Assembly: GCA_046582655.1 (NCBI GenBank) | Contig: JAYGDX010000206.1 | Span: forward strand, 1 to 27,212 | Direction: 5' to 3' | DNA: 27,212 nucleotides | Origin: Candidatus Poribacteria bacterium | Lineage (GTDB): Bacteria; Poribacteria; WGA-4E; UBA9662 | Part shown: positions 1 to 10,646 of the stretch, piece after piece | Numbering within the stretch: position 1 is the stretch's first letter | How the letters are laid out: each line of letters opens with the position of its first letter | Notes under the pieces: model-generated | Database searches by the model: none | The model's input: only the letters and a program-made list of their open reading frames with translations | Told to the model about the DNA's origin: nothing | Position numbers and translations under genes: made by a program

Positions 1-454
1 AGAACACACTCTGGGCTCAAGCCACGCTCTTGACTTTCTGTTATCATGGAACGAAAATGATCCTTTTGGCTCATTTTATCGTTGAGCTTGTCATAGATCC
101 TGTAATCACAAGGAATATGACTTTGGCCTTCAGTCCACAAGAGAGTGACCAGAGTCATGCCTTTGACCACACGTTTATGTTTACCCGCTAATTCTATTTT
201 GTTAGCATATGGTTTATCTAACACTGTATCGTCTACAACCCAAACACCGCGCTGTGAATCAATATGCGGTTGGGCTTCGCTCCACAACGGCGATGAGGAT
301 GGTTGCCGTCTAAGCAGCAGGCGATTTAATGCATCGGGCGCAAAAGCCTTGTTGGTTCTGCCTGCTGTTTTTCCGCTTCCAGGCAGCTATAACTCTGTTG
401 TGTTGCAACTAAAAAGTTGATATAGTACTTTTCGTTACATTTTGCTGGATTCAT
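1..454 (-). mobile_element. IS701-family DDE transposase, 5' part (frameshifted, runs off the window edge)
   Basis: Manual translation from ATG 454: MNPAKCNEKYYINFLVATQQSYSCLEA, frameshift near 370, then ...ALNRLL...LWSEAQPHIDSQRGVWVVDDTVLDKPYANKIELAGKHKRVVKGMTLVTLLWTEGQSHIPCDYRIYDK...DHFRSM. The DDTVLDKPY and IPCDYRIYDK motifs are typical of IS701-type transposases. Not in the ORF track. Confidence 0.85.
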
Positions 455-480
455 AGTAGAAAGTATAACTGATCTGTCCT

Positions 481-497
481 TCAACTGCGTAACGCCT
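481..497 (-). repeat. Probable left terminal inverted repeat of the IS701 element (AGGCGTTACGCAGTTGA)
   Basis: Lies ~27 bp upstream of the transposase ATG and resembles IS701-type ends as I recall them. The partner end is outside the window. Confidence 0.55.
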
Positions 498-511
498 ATT
501 TCTAATTAAAT

Positions 512-1897
512 CTAAGATGCTTCTTTCATATCTTGATTATGTCTGAGATTATAAATGGTAGTAACTAGCATAGACAAAAATGTGCCTAATAGCCCAAATC
601 CCAGAAGGGTAAAAGGCATGTGCCAGGTTATAAAATTCATGTGGGTATGGATATAAGAGTGCCCTTTAAATATAACCATCCAGGATAAAGGGGCTAATAA
701 TGAAAACCATACAGCTATTGATAAGGCTGTCAGCTTTCTTATTGAGTCTTCTGTCAAAGGCAACTTGCCCCACTGAAATAGGAAATGAAACAACCACACC
801 AAACAAGAAATAAAGGCAAAAACGACGATTACCGTTTGATACTTTACATTTAAGTCTTGGCTGGAACCACCCAGCATTTGATTAAAATCAAAAATAAATC
901 CCTCTAAGTACTTCTTAACTACAGTTATCACATCCGCTTTTAGGCTGTTAGCATAAACTTCAGGATAACTACCTGCATCTCCATGTGTTCTTTTGCCCAC
1001 TGAATAGATGAAGATATGATGTAATCCTGCTTTTAATCCACCTTTGACAGCTGATATCTGGGCGGCCAATATTATGGTGGTTGAAAGCACACTGATCATA
1101 GCCGTTGTGCCGACTATTAATAGTTGTTTAACTAAATACTTAAAATTCCATCCTTCAACCCTCCAATAGTAGATATAAGGTGTCACCATCATCAGTAGCG
1201 TAGTGGTGATATATTCGTATCCATTATAGAGACACTTAATGAAAACAGTGGCGTAAATAAGTATGATAGCTGTATTGATGGATGTTTTTTGCTGTAGGTG
1301 ATAGAGGCTGACTAAATAAGGGAGATAGAATGCCCACATTACCCACCAGAGATTACGACCAAAAACGGTTACCCAATGAGAACATATAGTAGTTAGCATT
1401 ACCATCAAGGCACTGAATAAGCCAAATTCCAGATAAAACCATCGAATAATCAGCGATAGGACAAAGGCAAAAGAGTAAGCATTCATGAATTTTAGAAACA
1501 TAATATAGTGCTGGGGGGATAGTGGCAGGATTTTGTCGATCAAACTGAAGCTAATAGCCTGAAAGCCAATCTGGGAAAAATAAGGATTAAAAGAGGTGAA
1601 ATCTAAATCATTGTAATAGGCTTGATACTGGCTGTTTACAGCTTGGCCTGACCACTGCAATGTATCATTAATGGTTAACTGCTTTATACCTGAAACCTGA
1701 CCTGTTAGACCACCAGCGGAGAAGATACCATCACGCTTAGCCTTAATCATTCGTCCCACCACTAAGCTCTCAGTATCCTGCTGATGGTTTTGAAACCACC
1801 CTTGTTCGGCCACTTTGAATTGGTTATTAAGGAAACCCGTTCCTAATAACAATGTTGAGATAAGTACAAGTAGGTGAGATTTGATAAGATTTTTCAT
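512..1897 (-). CDS. Polytopic membrane protein, possibly GT-C-fold glycosyltransferase-like
   Basis: 461 aa, about 10 hydrophobic segments, N-terminal extracytoplasmic loop with QDTE, and RNLWW, GYEYITT and HSYIH motifs. Visibly AT-richer than the core genes. Confidence 0.6.
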   Translation of the reverse strand: MKNLIKSHLLVLISTLLLGTGFLNNQFKVAEQGWFQNHQQDTESLVVGRMIKAKRDGIFSAGGLTGQVSGIKQLTINDTLQWSGQAVNSQYQAYYNDLDFTSFNPYFSQIGFQAISFSLIDKILPLSPQHYIMFLKFMNAYSFAFVLSLIIRWFYLEFGLFSALMVMLTTICSHWVTVFGRNLWWVMWAFYLPYLVSLYHLQQKTSINTAIILIYATVFIKCLYNGYEYITTTLLMMVTPYIYYWRVEGWNFKYLVKQLLIVGTTAMISVLSTTIILAAQISAVKGGLKAGLHHIFIYSVGKRTHGDAGSYPEVYANSLKADVITVVKKYLEGFIFDFNQMLGGSSQDLNVKYQTVIVVFAFISCLVWLFHFLFQWGKLPLTEDSIRKLTALSIAVWFSLLAPLSWMVIFKGHSYIHTHMNFITWHMPFTLLGFGLLGTFLSMLVTTIYNLRHNQDMKEAS

Positions 1898-2153
1898 CTA
1901 CTTGAGAATGACCATCTTCTGAGTTTGTTTATAGTTTCCAGCATTCATTTGATAGAAATAACTGCCTGAAAATACGTGGCCATATCAGTTGCCCTTTGAG
2001 TGCCAAGTTGCTGTACCTGCTTAGGCATTCTATCACAATTGCCGTATCGGGGTAAAGCGGTGGGTCGCTATCAGCAATTGAGGTTGATGAGCCAAGCGCA
2101 TAGCACCCAAAAGGTGGAGGCCTACCCGATAAGTCAGATTCTTGGTGGAAGAC

Positions 2154-2543
2154 TTATCTCAACAACGACAGGATGTTCTGTGGTAAGGCACCAGCTTGGG
2201 CCAACATAGCCATCGCTGACTGTGCTAGAATCTGGTGTTTCACTAATTCGGCTGCATCAGCAGCGAAGTCGGCGTCTTGGATACTGGAACGCGAGGCTTC
2301 GACGTTCTGTGTTTTGCTGGTTAGGTTAGACATGGTGAAAGTTAAGCGATTCTGTCTCGAATCTAGGTAGCTTCGTTTCTGATTAACCATATCAGTGGCA
2401 TGATCCAGTGAAGTGATAGCCGCTCTGGCTTGGTCAATATCCACTACTTCGCTGTCATTAATCTTCAAACCGTAGTCTGTGACACTGTTGACGCCTAGTT
2501 ACAACTGATGGTTGACGTCATTATCGGTACCTGCCTGTGAACC
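2154..2543 (-). pseudogene. fliC: Flagellin C-terminal fragment, copy 1
   Basis: ...RSYLDSRQNRL...NVEASRSSIQDADFA...QILAQSAMAMLAQAGALPQNILSLLR* is the flagellin C-terminal helical domain. The frame extends upstream through an in-frame TAA (2499-2501) to QAGTDNDVNHQL. There is no N-terminal flagellin domain. Confidence 0.85.
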
Positions 2544-2597
2544 ATGGCTGACAGCAATCCCTACATTCTGGACCTGTCAACAGAAATAGGTCTTAGG

Positions 2598-2830
2598 TTA
2601 CCAACCAGATTTCGTCTGACTCTAGATAACTGCCAGTTTGTTTTTGGGCTCGACTGGGGTCGCGAACTCCCTAGCTCCAAGTTGCATACTAAATTTGATT
2701 TTAGCATCGTTAAGAGCTCGGTTTCACAACCGAACTTTGTCAACAGCACCAGACCAAGCTTCACCACTCCACGTTCCGATTTGAACGGTACTGGTATTGA
2801 TCACTATGGCGATTTTTATACTATATCTTC
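2598..2830 (-). pseudogene. LamG-like protein C-terminal remnant with degenerate KLAxxW tail
   Basis: Reads QIGTWSGEAWSGAVDKVRL*NRALNDAKIKFSMQLGAREFATPVEPKNKLAVI*SQTKSGW*. Both internal stops (TGA 2724-2726, TAG 2622-2624) sit where Trp is expected. Similar to the tail of the intact LamG gene at 19546-20337. Confidence 0.75.
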
Positions 2831-3326
2831 TTATGGCATAGAATTCCACCAGCTTTTTTACTGATATCCGTCTTGTCATCACAGTAAAACAGATAATTGA
2901 ATGCTCCACTTCTACGGGGCGGAGAAAGCCAGTCCCTTAGCCAGTAATGTTGTCAATATCGATGAATCCTCTGGTTTTTACATTGAAAATTGGGTTTTAA
3001 ATCTGCGATGAGTGCTTACTTCTCATGTGGTGAGATCTAGATTGCTGCAGTTAAGGTAGGAAAAAACATCTTCGAAGGATATGGCCCCATTACTTTGTAA
3101 AATGGAAAGACAATTAGACGAAAGGTGATAATTTCCAATTCTTGGATCCTAGTGAAAACAAGATGGAAATTCATTGTGGACACCTAGAAAATTGTATTAG
3201 TGATGAAAAGTCGAAGTGGCGATATTCGGTTGATTGGTCTATTTAAATCTATCTGCTGTTGACAGTGACAATTAAGCCCAAAGTCCGAACATGCAAAACG
3301 AACGGGAATTCGATTTAAGAGGTGGC

Positions 3327-3354
3327 TTGACAATTTAAATTAGGCAGGTAGACT
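3327..3354 (+). promoter_or_regulatory. Putative sigma70 promoter (TTGACA-16 bp-TAGACT)
   Basis: Perfect -35 and near-consensus -10 about 75 bp upstream of ATG 3430. Confidence 0.5.
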
Positions 3355-3429
3355 TAAGGGTTTACAAATTGCAAAGTCTGTTTTAGGTTTAGTGTTGACT
3401 TGGTTAGCCTAAATTAGGTGGGGATTAGA

Positions 3430-5535
3430 ATGAGGAAGTTTAGTTTATTACTGCTTATTATTATTGGTTTTCAAGTGTTTATGGTCAATACCTTGGCCAA
3501 CGATGACCTTCCTGTCATCGTTTTAACTGGTTCTGAGGATGACCACCATCGAATGAATGAAGCTATTCACGGAGCACACGCGCTAGCTGAAGTAGGAGCT
3601 GGCTATGAAGCCGCACGTGTTTTAGCGGCAATTGCTTTACAGGTACGCGATAGTGATCTAGGGAATGAAGCAGTCCACCTTCTTAATGAATGGGGACTCA
3701 CAGTCAACACGGTGCGCCAAGGTAGCGCCAAAGACGTCATTGTAAAGATTGCTAATGCAATGCGGGACCGTCGGCATTCCGGTGCTGCACTGCAACATGT
3801 TCGGAACCTGATTGAACTGGAGTTTTACACTGATGCCGCGCGTCTGTTACGTCAGGGTGCAGTGGAAACGGACAAGAACGTGATCGAGCGGACATGGGGT
3901 GAGATCCTTCACCGATACCGTTTGCCGATCGAACTACTGCGAGATGATGCAAAGGATGCTGATAATGAACTGGCAAATGCACTGCAGACTGCACACCAGC
4001 AAAATCAACTGCGAGTCCAGATTCGATTTTTGCGGGTAGTCGACCCCGAAGCCAGCGAAATGGCAGAAATGCTTCTTCAGCGCATCGAACCGCACAAGCG
4101 CGACGAGGACGATGAAGAGCACCGTCGCCCGTTCGAACGGTGGGTTGAACATAATGATGACGAATCGGAGGAAGGCGAACGCGGACTGTCGATTGAAGAA
4201 CTAGTTCTACGAGTTGTCCATCAAGCAATCAACCTAGCCAACAGAAGCAAACCGTCATCTCGTCTTTTGGCCACTCTTGTGACGAAGGCCGCTCCTGATT
4301 CAGAATCCGCGGACAAAGCCCGTTCCTTGATCAAAATGTTGGCCAGTCCGGTCACCAACACATTAGACCGAACGTTCGTTGTTGAAGACGATCCCGGCGC
4401 AGGGTTTTTTGGTGCAAAATGAGTTCGTAAGTATCACCTTGAACTCTCTGACCGCGCCATCGAACAGTTACATGAAGAACCAAAACATTACGTTCGCGCG
4501 ACGTTTCGTGAAGGTGATGATGTCTACAAAGACGTCGGGGTGCGACTGAAAGGCGGATACGGCAGCTTTCGAATGCTGGACAGTGACTCCAAAGCTGCAT
4601 TCACCATCAAGTTCAATCAGTTCGTCAAGGACCAGCGGTTTCACGGGCTACGCCGGATTATTTTGAACAACGCTGTGCAGGACCCGAGTTACATATGTGA
4701 ATATATTGGCTACAGTCTGTTCCGCGATGCGGGTGTCCCGGCCCCACGCATCGGATATGCGATGCTAACCATCAACGAGGAATCATACGGATTGTACGAG
4801 CAGGTTGAGGCCATCAGCAAAGACTTCCTGAAGCGGTGGTATTCAAAAACAGGTGGCAACCTTTACGAAGGTCCAGGTGACGTGATGCAATGGGATGAAC
4901 TGGATCTAGACAGCAATCAGGAACGAGAAGACCGCAGCGACTTGCGACACCTAGCTGAAGCCATCGAAGAGGCCAACGACGATGATCCATGGGAATTGCT
5001 CGCCGATTTTGTCGATGTTGATAATTTCACCAGGTTCATCGCACTCGAGCAGCTAATCAATCACTGGGATGGTTACACGCAAACCAACAACTATCGAATG
5101 TACAACAACCCAGAGACAATGAAGTTTGAGTTCTTTCCCCACGGTGCTGATCAACTCTTCGAAGACTTAGGGGGCAACATCTTTCGAGAACAGGGTGGCA
5201 TCCTGAGCCGTGCACTGGTGCAGACCGATTCGGGCAAGCGACGCTATGGCCAAATGATGCACCAGTTACTGGAATAGGTCTGGGACGAATCCACAATTAA
5301 AAACCGCATTGCTGAGACATACCGGTTAATCCACCCGTACGTCGCAGCAGAGTCGGGCAAAGGTCGTCGTGTCGAGGAGTTTGAAGAGGCTGTCCGCCGC
5401 ATGCTGAGATTCGTAGGTGCTCGTCGCTACGTTGTTCTCAGCCAGTTGCAGGCCACCGAACAGGACCATTCGTGGCGAGAGCGGCAACACTTTGGCTTTA
5501 ATTCCTTCCTGCACGCCAGTCATCATGACTGGTGA
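3430..5535 (+). pseudogene. cotH: Secreted helical-domain + CotH kinase family protein, split by two in-frame stops
   Basis: ORFs 3418-4422 and 4540-5277 are in the same frame. Reading through TGA 4420 gives FFGAK*VRKYHLEL...YVRATF...DVGVRLKGG. CotH motifs LNNAVQDPSY, G.LYE, HWDGY...NNY and PHGAD follow. Reading through TAG 5275 gives LLE*VWDE...RRYVVLSQL to TGA 5533-5535. N-terminal signal peptide present. Confidence 0.85.
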
Positions 5536-5748
5536 TAAAGTCACTGAATTGGAAATGAAGACGAATACACTTCCCCCATAAAATTACTCCTGCAATCTGG
5601 ATGCAATAAATGAAGCTTACTTAATCTATCAACAGAAGGATATATCAAATACTTTAGAATTAATGTGAAAAATTAAATAATGTAGTGTTTCTAGGTCTCA
5701 AAATGTTCGGCTAGTGGGTCAGTCTGAACCGGTGATGCAGAAAATTAA

Positions 5749-5794
5749 ATCACCCACATCAGCTTGAACTAGACTTCAGGCCAGTGTGGGTGAT
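5749..5794. terminator. Stem-loop between convergent genes (10-bp arms ATCACCCACA/TGTGGGTGAT)
   Basis: Perfect 10-bp inverted repeat with a weaker inner stem. No clear U-tract. Confidence 0.35.
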
Positions 5795-5843
5795 ATGTGT
5801 ACCTTTGGGTTCTTAGCTTTTAGCTGGAGGGTATATGATGTTA

Positions 5844-5909
5844 TGCTACGTTGTTTTGGAAGATGTTCTTTTGCGAGTGAAAATTATCCGACGCTTTGTA
5901 TGTACTGCC
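5844..5909. repeat. 66-bp dispersed repeat, copy 1 (copy 2 at 26905-26970)
   Basis: Direct ungapped comparison gives 61/66 identical. Confidence 0.9.
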
Positions 5910-5977
5910 ACGGCGAATAGTGCGATGGTACCCAAAAGATGAAGGCTTACTGTGTAAGTCAGACTATCAGTGGAACT

Positions 5978-6302
5978 CTATCTCAAGAGTGACAGGATAT
6001 TCTGTGGTAATGTACTGGCTTGAGCCAACATAGTTGTAGTGGACTGTGCCAGTATTTGGTGTTTGGCCAGATCGTCTGCATCGGCGGCAGAGTCAGTGTC
6101 TTGAATACTAAAACGTGAGGCTTCAATATTCTGTGTCTGGTTGGTCAGATTAGACATGGTGCTAGGCGATCCTGCATGGAGCCCAAGTAGCTTCGTTCTT
6201 GGTTGACTATGTCAGTGGCGTGATCCAGTGAAGTGACAGCCGCGCTGGCTCGATTAATATCCACTAGCATGCTGTCATCAGTTCTCAAACTACCGGCCTG
6301 TG
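5978..6302 (-). pseudogene. fliC: Flagellin C-terminal fragment, copy 2 (frameshifted)
   Basis: SLRTDDSMLVDINRASAAVTSLDHATDIVNQERSYLGSMQDRL, small deletion near 6160, then TMSNLTNQTQNIEASRFSIQDTDSAADADDLAKHQILAQSTTTMLAQASTLPQNILSLLR*. Clear paralog of 2154-2468, including a similar 3' trailer. Confidence 0.85.
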
Positions 6303-6305
6303 TCG

Positions 6306-8267
6306 CTACCCTGGAAGCAATCGATACCCGATCCCTGTCACAAGCCCGACGATGATCCAGATCCCACCGATTAAGCATTCTCCCAAGATGATTCCGAGAA
6401 ACACCGGACGTAGCTTACGATAGTATGTAAAGCCACCAAATTTGAGCATGATATATTTACAAATCCAACCGAGGAAGAACGAAAACCAGTAGCAATATGT
6501 AGCATAACTTGTTGTCATTAAGAAGCCGATCGGATGAATCTTCCACCAGAGGTAATGATGACGCATCAAGAGCATGCCGAAGATCGCAAATCCTCCGATG
6601 ACCAGTGAGGTGAGCCGATCGATCTCGATTCCCGTGGGGTGCTGAAGAATACTAGCAAGTCGTGTAAATGGTGACGTTGCGGAGTTTACATATGTCCAAT
6701 GCTGTAAATTCAACGCCCCCCGCTTGTAGATTAAGTTTAACGATGAATAGTATGAAACGCCGATAGCAAGTACCATTGCCAGTCCCATCACGATCAACAA
6801 GGAACGCTGTTTCACTCGAATTGGATCGGCGATCTTGAAGTTGTTCATCACACTTGGCATCATGAACTCTCGCATATCAAACATCAATACCCGTTCGTAG
6901 ACAACAATTGTCCAACTTGGGGCATTTACCCGTGCGCTGCCAAAGAGTGTGATAAGATAATCTCCTGGTAAGAAAGAGTAAAGCACAAATAATAGACCTC
7001 CATTCACAACCATCCATGTCATGACCGTCGACAGTCCTAAGAAAAGTACAAGGATAAATATCGCAACCCAAAAGCTCATTCCAGCGAGCATACACATCAG
7101 TGCAAGCAGAAGCAGGCCACAGATGAGTCCTATCACCGCCCAAGCGTATGGGAGGGGTTCATTCTGATCATTGGCAGTTTTTCTCTCAAACAATGTACTG
7201 AAGGTATTTTTGAAGTGATCCCTACCAAGCCAGATGATGAAACCGATAAACACAAGAAACCCCCCCATCTGTTGATTCTGCTGGAACATCCCAGCGTTTA
7301 TTTTGAACCCAGCGGCATAAATTAGGACCGTCTCCATTTTTGTCAGCAGAAAGAAAAACCAGAAACTGAACGAAATCTCAAGTGTCAACAGGTATACGAC
7401 AGCGATTACAGAGGGGTAGATAAAAAATTGAACGGAGGGCCACCATGCTAATGCAGAGAAAGGCTTCTCGGTGAAATATCTTGAAATTGGGAAGAAAACG
7501 GGTGGATTCGGAATGGACGGAAAGTAGAGGTGTAACCCTCTTAAACCATGTAGTGCAACGGGGATAATAAACCCAATCCACATCACATGGTTTTTGAAGA
7601 AATGGTTGATTAGATCTCTTCCTTCGGGGGGTTGGAACATATCCATTGGTAACTGCACGAGCGGAAAACTAAATCGTTCATGCTCGACCCACTGCTTGCG
7701 AAGAAGGACACACCAACAAATTATCATGAAGAAGAAAACAAGGGCAAATCCACTCCACGCAAGCATCGGCTTCAACCAGGCCTCCCATGGAATTGCTTCT
7801 CCATCGGGCAGTTTTTCATAAAAGTATGATACCGCCTTCGAATTGCTGACCACCATCCAACTTGGTAGATGTTGGTGGAAAAGGTCTGCCCATTCGTTTT
7901 CGGCCGTCGCAAAGTAGAATGGGCTCACGAGCAAGGGAATAAGATAACGCATAAGCCCCGAAGATGGGATTCCTGACGCCACAAGCATCATCCCCCAAAT
8001 GATAGTAAGCTCTGCCGCACTTAACTGCATACCTAACTTGATTCTCTTTAGCAATACATTGACGACAAGGATGAGCACTGTGAGGCTAAAAACAACCGCA
8101 ATTGGGAGATGGTTTCCAGCAAGATAGGTGCCGCCAACGAGAAAATCGTTGTAGGGGGTCACCAAACACTGTATTGTAACCCCCAAAAGACCAATTAGCA
8201 TACTGCGTGAAGTTAGCGAATAAAGCTTGAGAGTGGATGTATCTAGCATGGCAGAAGGTACTGTCAA
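6306..8267 (-). CDS. DUF6785/DUF6784-like polytopic membrane protein (putative peptide-transporter-like)
   Basis: 653 aa, highly hydrophobic, with PFYFATAENEW, LRKQWVEHERFSFPLVQLP, WWKIHPIG and GG..YRKLRPVFLGIILGE motifs. Confidence 0.75.
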   Translation of the reverse strand: MTVPSAMLDTSTLKLYSLTSRSMLIGLLGVTIQCLVTPYNDFLVGGTYLAGNHLPIAVVFSLTVLILVVNVLLKRIKLGMQLSAAELTIIWGMMLVASGIPSSGLMRYLIPLLVSPFYFATAENEWADLFHQHLPSWMVVSNSKAVSYFYEKLPDGEAIPWEAWLKPMLAWSGFALVFFFMIICWCVLLRKQWVEHERFSFPLVQLPMDMFQPPEGRDLINHFFKNHVMWIGFIIPVALHGLRGLHLYFPSIPNPPVFFPISRYFTEKPFSALAWWPSVQFFIYPSVIAVVYLLTLEISFSFWFFFLLTKMETVLIYAAGFKINAGMFQQNQQMGGFLVFIGFIIWLGRDHFKNTFSTLFERKTANDQNEPLPYAWAVIGLICGLLLLALMCMLAGMSFWVAIFILVLFLGLSTVMTWMVVNGGLLFVLYSFLPGDYLITLFGSARVNAPSWTIVVYERVLMFDMREFMMPSVMNNFKIADPIRVKQRSLLIVMGLAMVLAIGVSYYSSLNLIYKRGALNLQHWTYVNSATSPFTRLASILQHPTGIEIDRLTSLVIGGFAIFGMLLMRHHYLWWKIHPIGFLMTTSYATYCYWFSFFLGWICKYIMLKFGGFTYYRKLRPVFLGIILGECLIGGIWIIVGLVTGIGYRLLPG

Positions 8268-8372
8268 GAGCTTTCAATTTTGGTTGCCCGTGGAGCAAGT
8301 TTATTCCACCCATCCGCAAAATTGCAGATGTTCTTAAGCATTATGCAAAATGCTTCCCACATAGTGTAAGGG

Positions 8373-8496
8373 ATGATTACCAATGAGGGTTGGAAATTGA
8401 TCGAGCGTTCTGTCCTCTATGCCTTGGAACGCATTCCACCGGCTATCAATCCGGGAAATGATTTGGCGGTGACCTGGAGTACATAAGACCAAATAA
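8373..8496 (+). pseudogene. C-terminal remnant of a secreted protein with Poribacteria-type LAxTW tail
   Basis: Reads ITNEGWKLIERSVLYALERIPPAINPGNDLAVTWST, then after a shift KTK*. Followed by the terminator at 8549. Confidence 0.55.
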
Positions 8497-8548
8497 GTGC
8501 CGATGCACTGATCTTACAACGATTGGTATATCAGATGGCTGAACTTCG

Positions 8549-8589
8549 TCAAAAAAGCACTTGGAGATTTCGTTTGAGTGCTTTTTTGA
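8549..8589. terminator. Bidirectional intrinsic terminator
   Basis: TCAAAAAAGCACT...AGTGCTTTTTTGA 13-bp arms with A6/T6 tracts, 30 bp after the stop of the Gfo/Idh/MocA gene. Confidence 0.8.
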
Positions 8590-8619
8590 TGTGAGATTCG
8601 ATTTCCACTGACAGAGGGT

Positions 8620-9741
8620 CTATTGTATGGTTTCGAAGGTGGTGCGCAGATCTTGAGCTATGCCAGTTTCAGCCGATCGATAGCCGGCATCGAAGATCTC
8701 AATCACATGCCGCGCATGTTCGGCACTGGCCAGAGTCGGTTTCCCCAATCGGATCCAATCCACCAGTTGCATAATGTCCTCGTAGACATGGGCTTCCTGA
8801 ATCTGATAGTGAGCATCGACCACATGTGGGAGTGAGGCGTTACCACCGATTTCCGCTTCCAGTTGACTTTCCGGGTAGTCGATCGGTTGACCATTCAGTT
8901 TACCTAAACGAATGGAACCGTTGAGACCGAAAATGGCGAAGCGCCCAATGTCGGGTAAGCCACCAGCAGCCGTTCCATAGACAAACCCAAATAGCGACTG
9001 ACCGAAATCGAGCGTCAGAAGCGTATTATCGTCCATGTCACAGGGGAGCATTTCTCCACGAAATTCCCGTTCTTTAATCCGCACACCAGAGAAGGCGGTT
9101 ACTCGTTGGACCGGTCCTAGGACACCGGTCAGGGCATGAAGACCGTAAACCGTCATATCGTACAAAGGTCCACCCCCCGGACGACGGAAATACCAGGCCG
9201 GATTGATGTTGGAGAGGATATCCTCTCCCCATCGAACCGATTCCTGTTCGTGGTATCGACCAAAAGCTGCGCCCGTCACTGCCCAAGCCAGCTTTCCCAA
9301 TGCACCTTCCAGTATCAATTCTCGTATGCGGCGATTCAGCGGTCGAAGCATCTCGCCTGGTGAAGCGACTAATTTGAGGCCATGCTGCTGCGCCGACTTA
9401 ATCAGATCATCGGCTTCCTCAACAGTGGTGGTCATGGATTTGTTGAAATGGACGTGAACACCAGCATCGATTGCCATCTTACCTTGCTCATAATGCAATC
9501 CAATGGGAGAGGCGATCGTAACAGCATCTACCGATTTAGAATCGAGTAGGTCTTCGTAACTTTCAAAGGCCCGGGGAATGTTAAACCGCTCGGCGGCGGC
9601 CTCTGCCCGTCCCGGAACAGGATCGCAGACCGCCGTCATCTGTACCCGATCGTGCACATCGTCTTGCTCCAGATGCGGCATAATCCCACGCACCGAGATG
9701 CTTCCGGCGCCAACCACGCCTATTCTTACAATGTCATTCAT
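8620..9741 (-). CDS. Gfo/Idh/MocA family oxidoreductase
   Basis: RIGVVGAG Rossmann start, AVTIASPIGLH, HVHFNKSM (EKP variant), GGGPLYDMTVY. Start placed at ATG 9741, which overlaps the upstream stop (ATGA). Confidence 0.9.
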   Translation of the reverse strand: MNDIVRIGVVGAGSISVRGIMPHLEQDDVHDRVQMTAVCDPVPGRAEAAAERFNIPRAFESYEDLLDSKSVDAVTIASPIGLHYEQGKMAIDAGVHVHFNKSMTTTVEEADDLIKSAQQHGLKLVASPGEMLRPLNRRIRELILEGALGKLAWAVTGAAFGRYHEQESVRWGEDILSNINPAWYFRRPGGGPLYDMTVYGLHALTGVLGPVQRVTAFSGVRIKEREFRGEMLPCDMDDNTLLTLDFGQSLFGFVYGTAAGGLPDIGRFAIFGLNGSIRLGKLNGQPIDYPESQLEAEIGGNASLPHVVDAHYQIQEAHVYEDIMQLVDWIRLGKPTLASAEHARHVIEIFDAGYRSAETGIAQDLRTTFETIQ

Positions 9742-10646
9742 TTGAGATAACTCCTCCAACTGGTTTGATGTTTCCAACCGATTGTCCACTCTAACTTCTG
9801 ACAACTCAGGAAAGATTGATGGCCAACTAAATTCTCGGCCTGATCGGCTAACTCCGGCTTGAACCGCTTCACCAATTCCGCCGATGGTTCCAGCGCACTC
9901 GTATCCGCGGCGTTGAGGAAGTAGACATCATGTAGGGGGATTGAACGACCAAGTTGACCCACAGAAGCCTCCATGATGAGACGGTGAGCCTTAGCCACAT
10001 CTTCGCTGCCCACCCAACACCACAACCAAGGATTCCAGTCCGTGGCCAGTTTAACATTCTCAGCCATCGACTGCCGACGTTCTAGTGGCGTGATTCCCGC
10101 TGGGCGAGTCATGTAGGTGCGAACGCCATAAGCTCGCGTATAACTAGCTAACAGGTCTTCGCCTGCTCGCTTGGAGAAACTGTAAGAATCCTCTGGGAAA
10201 CAGGGATGCGTTTCGTCAATCGGCAGTTTCTGGATTGAAAACGGGGTCTCGCTGATCCGAAAACCGTGTCCCAGGGCGCAGTTACTCCCCGCCATGACGA
10301 CGGTCTTTACCTCAGCCTTGACCGCTGCCTGCATCAGATAGTAGGTGCCAAGCATGTTAGTCTTAAAAGTGGCGTCGAAAGGAATCCCATTTTCTTGCGC
10401 TTGTTGTCGGAGTTGGGGGTGGTCGACCGGATTCGGTTGCGCACCTAAGTGCTGGATAGCTTCAATTCCGTCTACTGCCTGTTGGCAGTCTGAGAAACTG
10501 TTCAGATCGCCTTTAATCCAAGGCAGGTCGGAAAATTCGGCGTCGGGTTTGCGACGCGATGTCAGCACCAATTGGTACTGATCTCTCAGTTCCCGGATGA
10601 CGAAACCGGCCAGCTTCCCGCTGGCACCGGTAATTAGAACTTTCAT
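9738..10646 (-). CDS. NAD-dependent epimerase/dehydratase (extended SDR)
   Basis: MKVLITGASG, N..GTYYL, PIDETHP and YSFSK (YxxxK) motifs. Confidence 0.9.
   Translation of the reverse strand: MKVLITGASGKLAGFVIRELRDQYQLVLTSRRKPDAEFSDLPWIKGDLNSFSDCQQAVDGIEAIQHLGAQPNPVDHPQLRQQAQENGIPFDATFKTNMLGTYYLMQAAVKAEVKTVVMAGSNCALGHGFRISETPFSIQKLPIDETHPCFPEDSYSFSKRAGEDLLASYTRAYGVRTYMTRPAGITPLERRQSMAENVKLATDWNPWLWCWVGSEDVAKAHRLIMEASVGQLGRSIPLHDVYFLNAADTSALEPSAELVKRFKPELADQAENLVGHQSFLSCQKLEWTIGWKHQTSWRSYLK

Noticed and set aside
145..420. 91-aa + strand ORF and the many other short antisense or overlapping ORFs in the track
   Set aside because: They are shadows of real genes or pseudogenes on the other strand or frame (here the IS701 transposase).
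2044..2130. TATCGGGGTA...TACCCGATA long-range pairing as a riboswitch
   Set aside because: No recognisable aptamer motifs; could be chance.
2904..2924. Small hairpin resembling an IS200/IS605 end
   Set aside because: Too short and has no associated tnpA/tnpB sequence.
4420..5277. Stop-codon recoding (Sec, Pyl or alternative code)
   Set aside because: TGA, TAG and TAA all occur as internal stops, mostly one transition from a sense codon. Intact genes end normally in TAG (6306, 8620, 19546, 20496) and TGA (9738, 17317).
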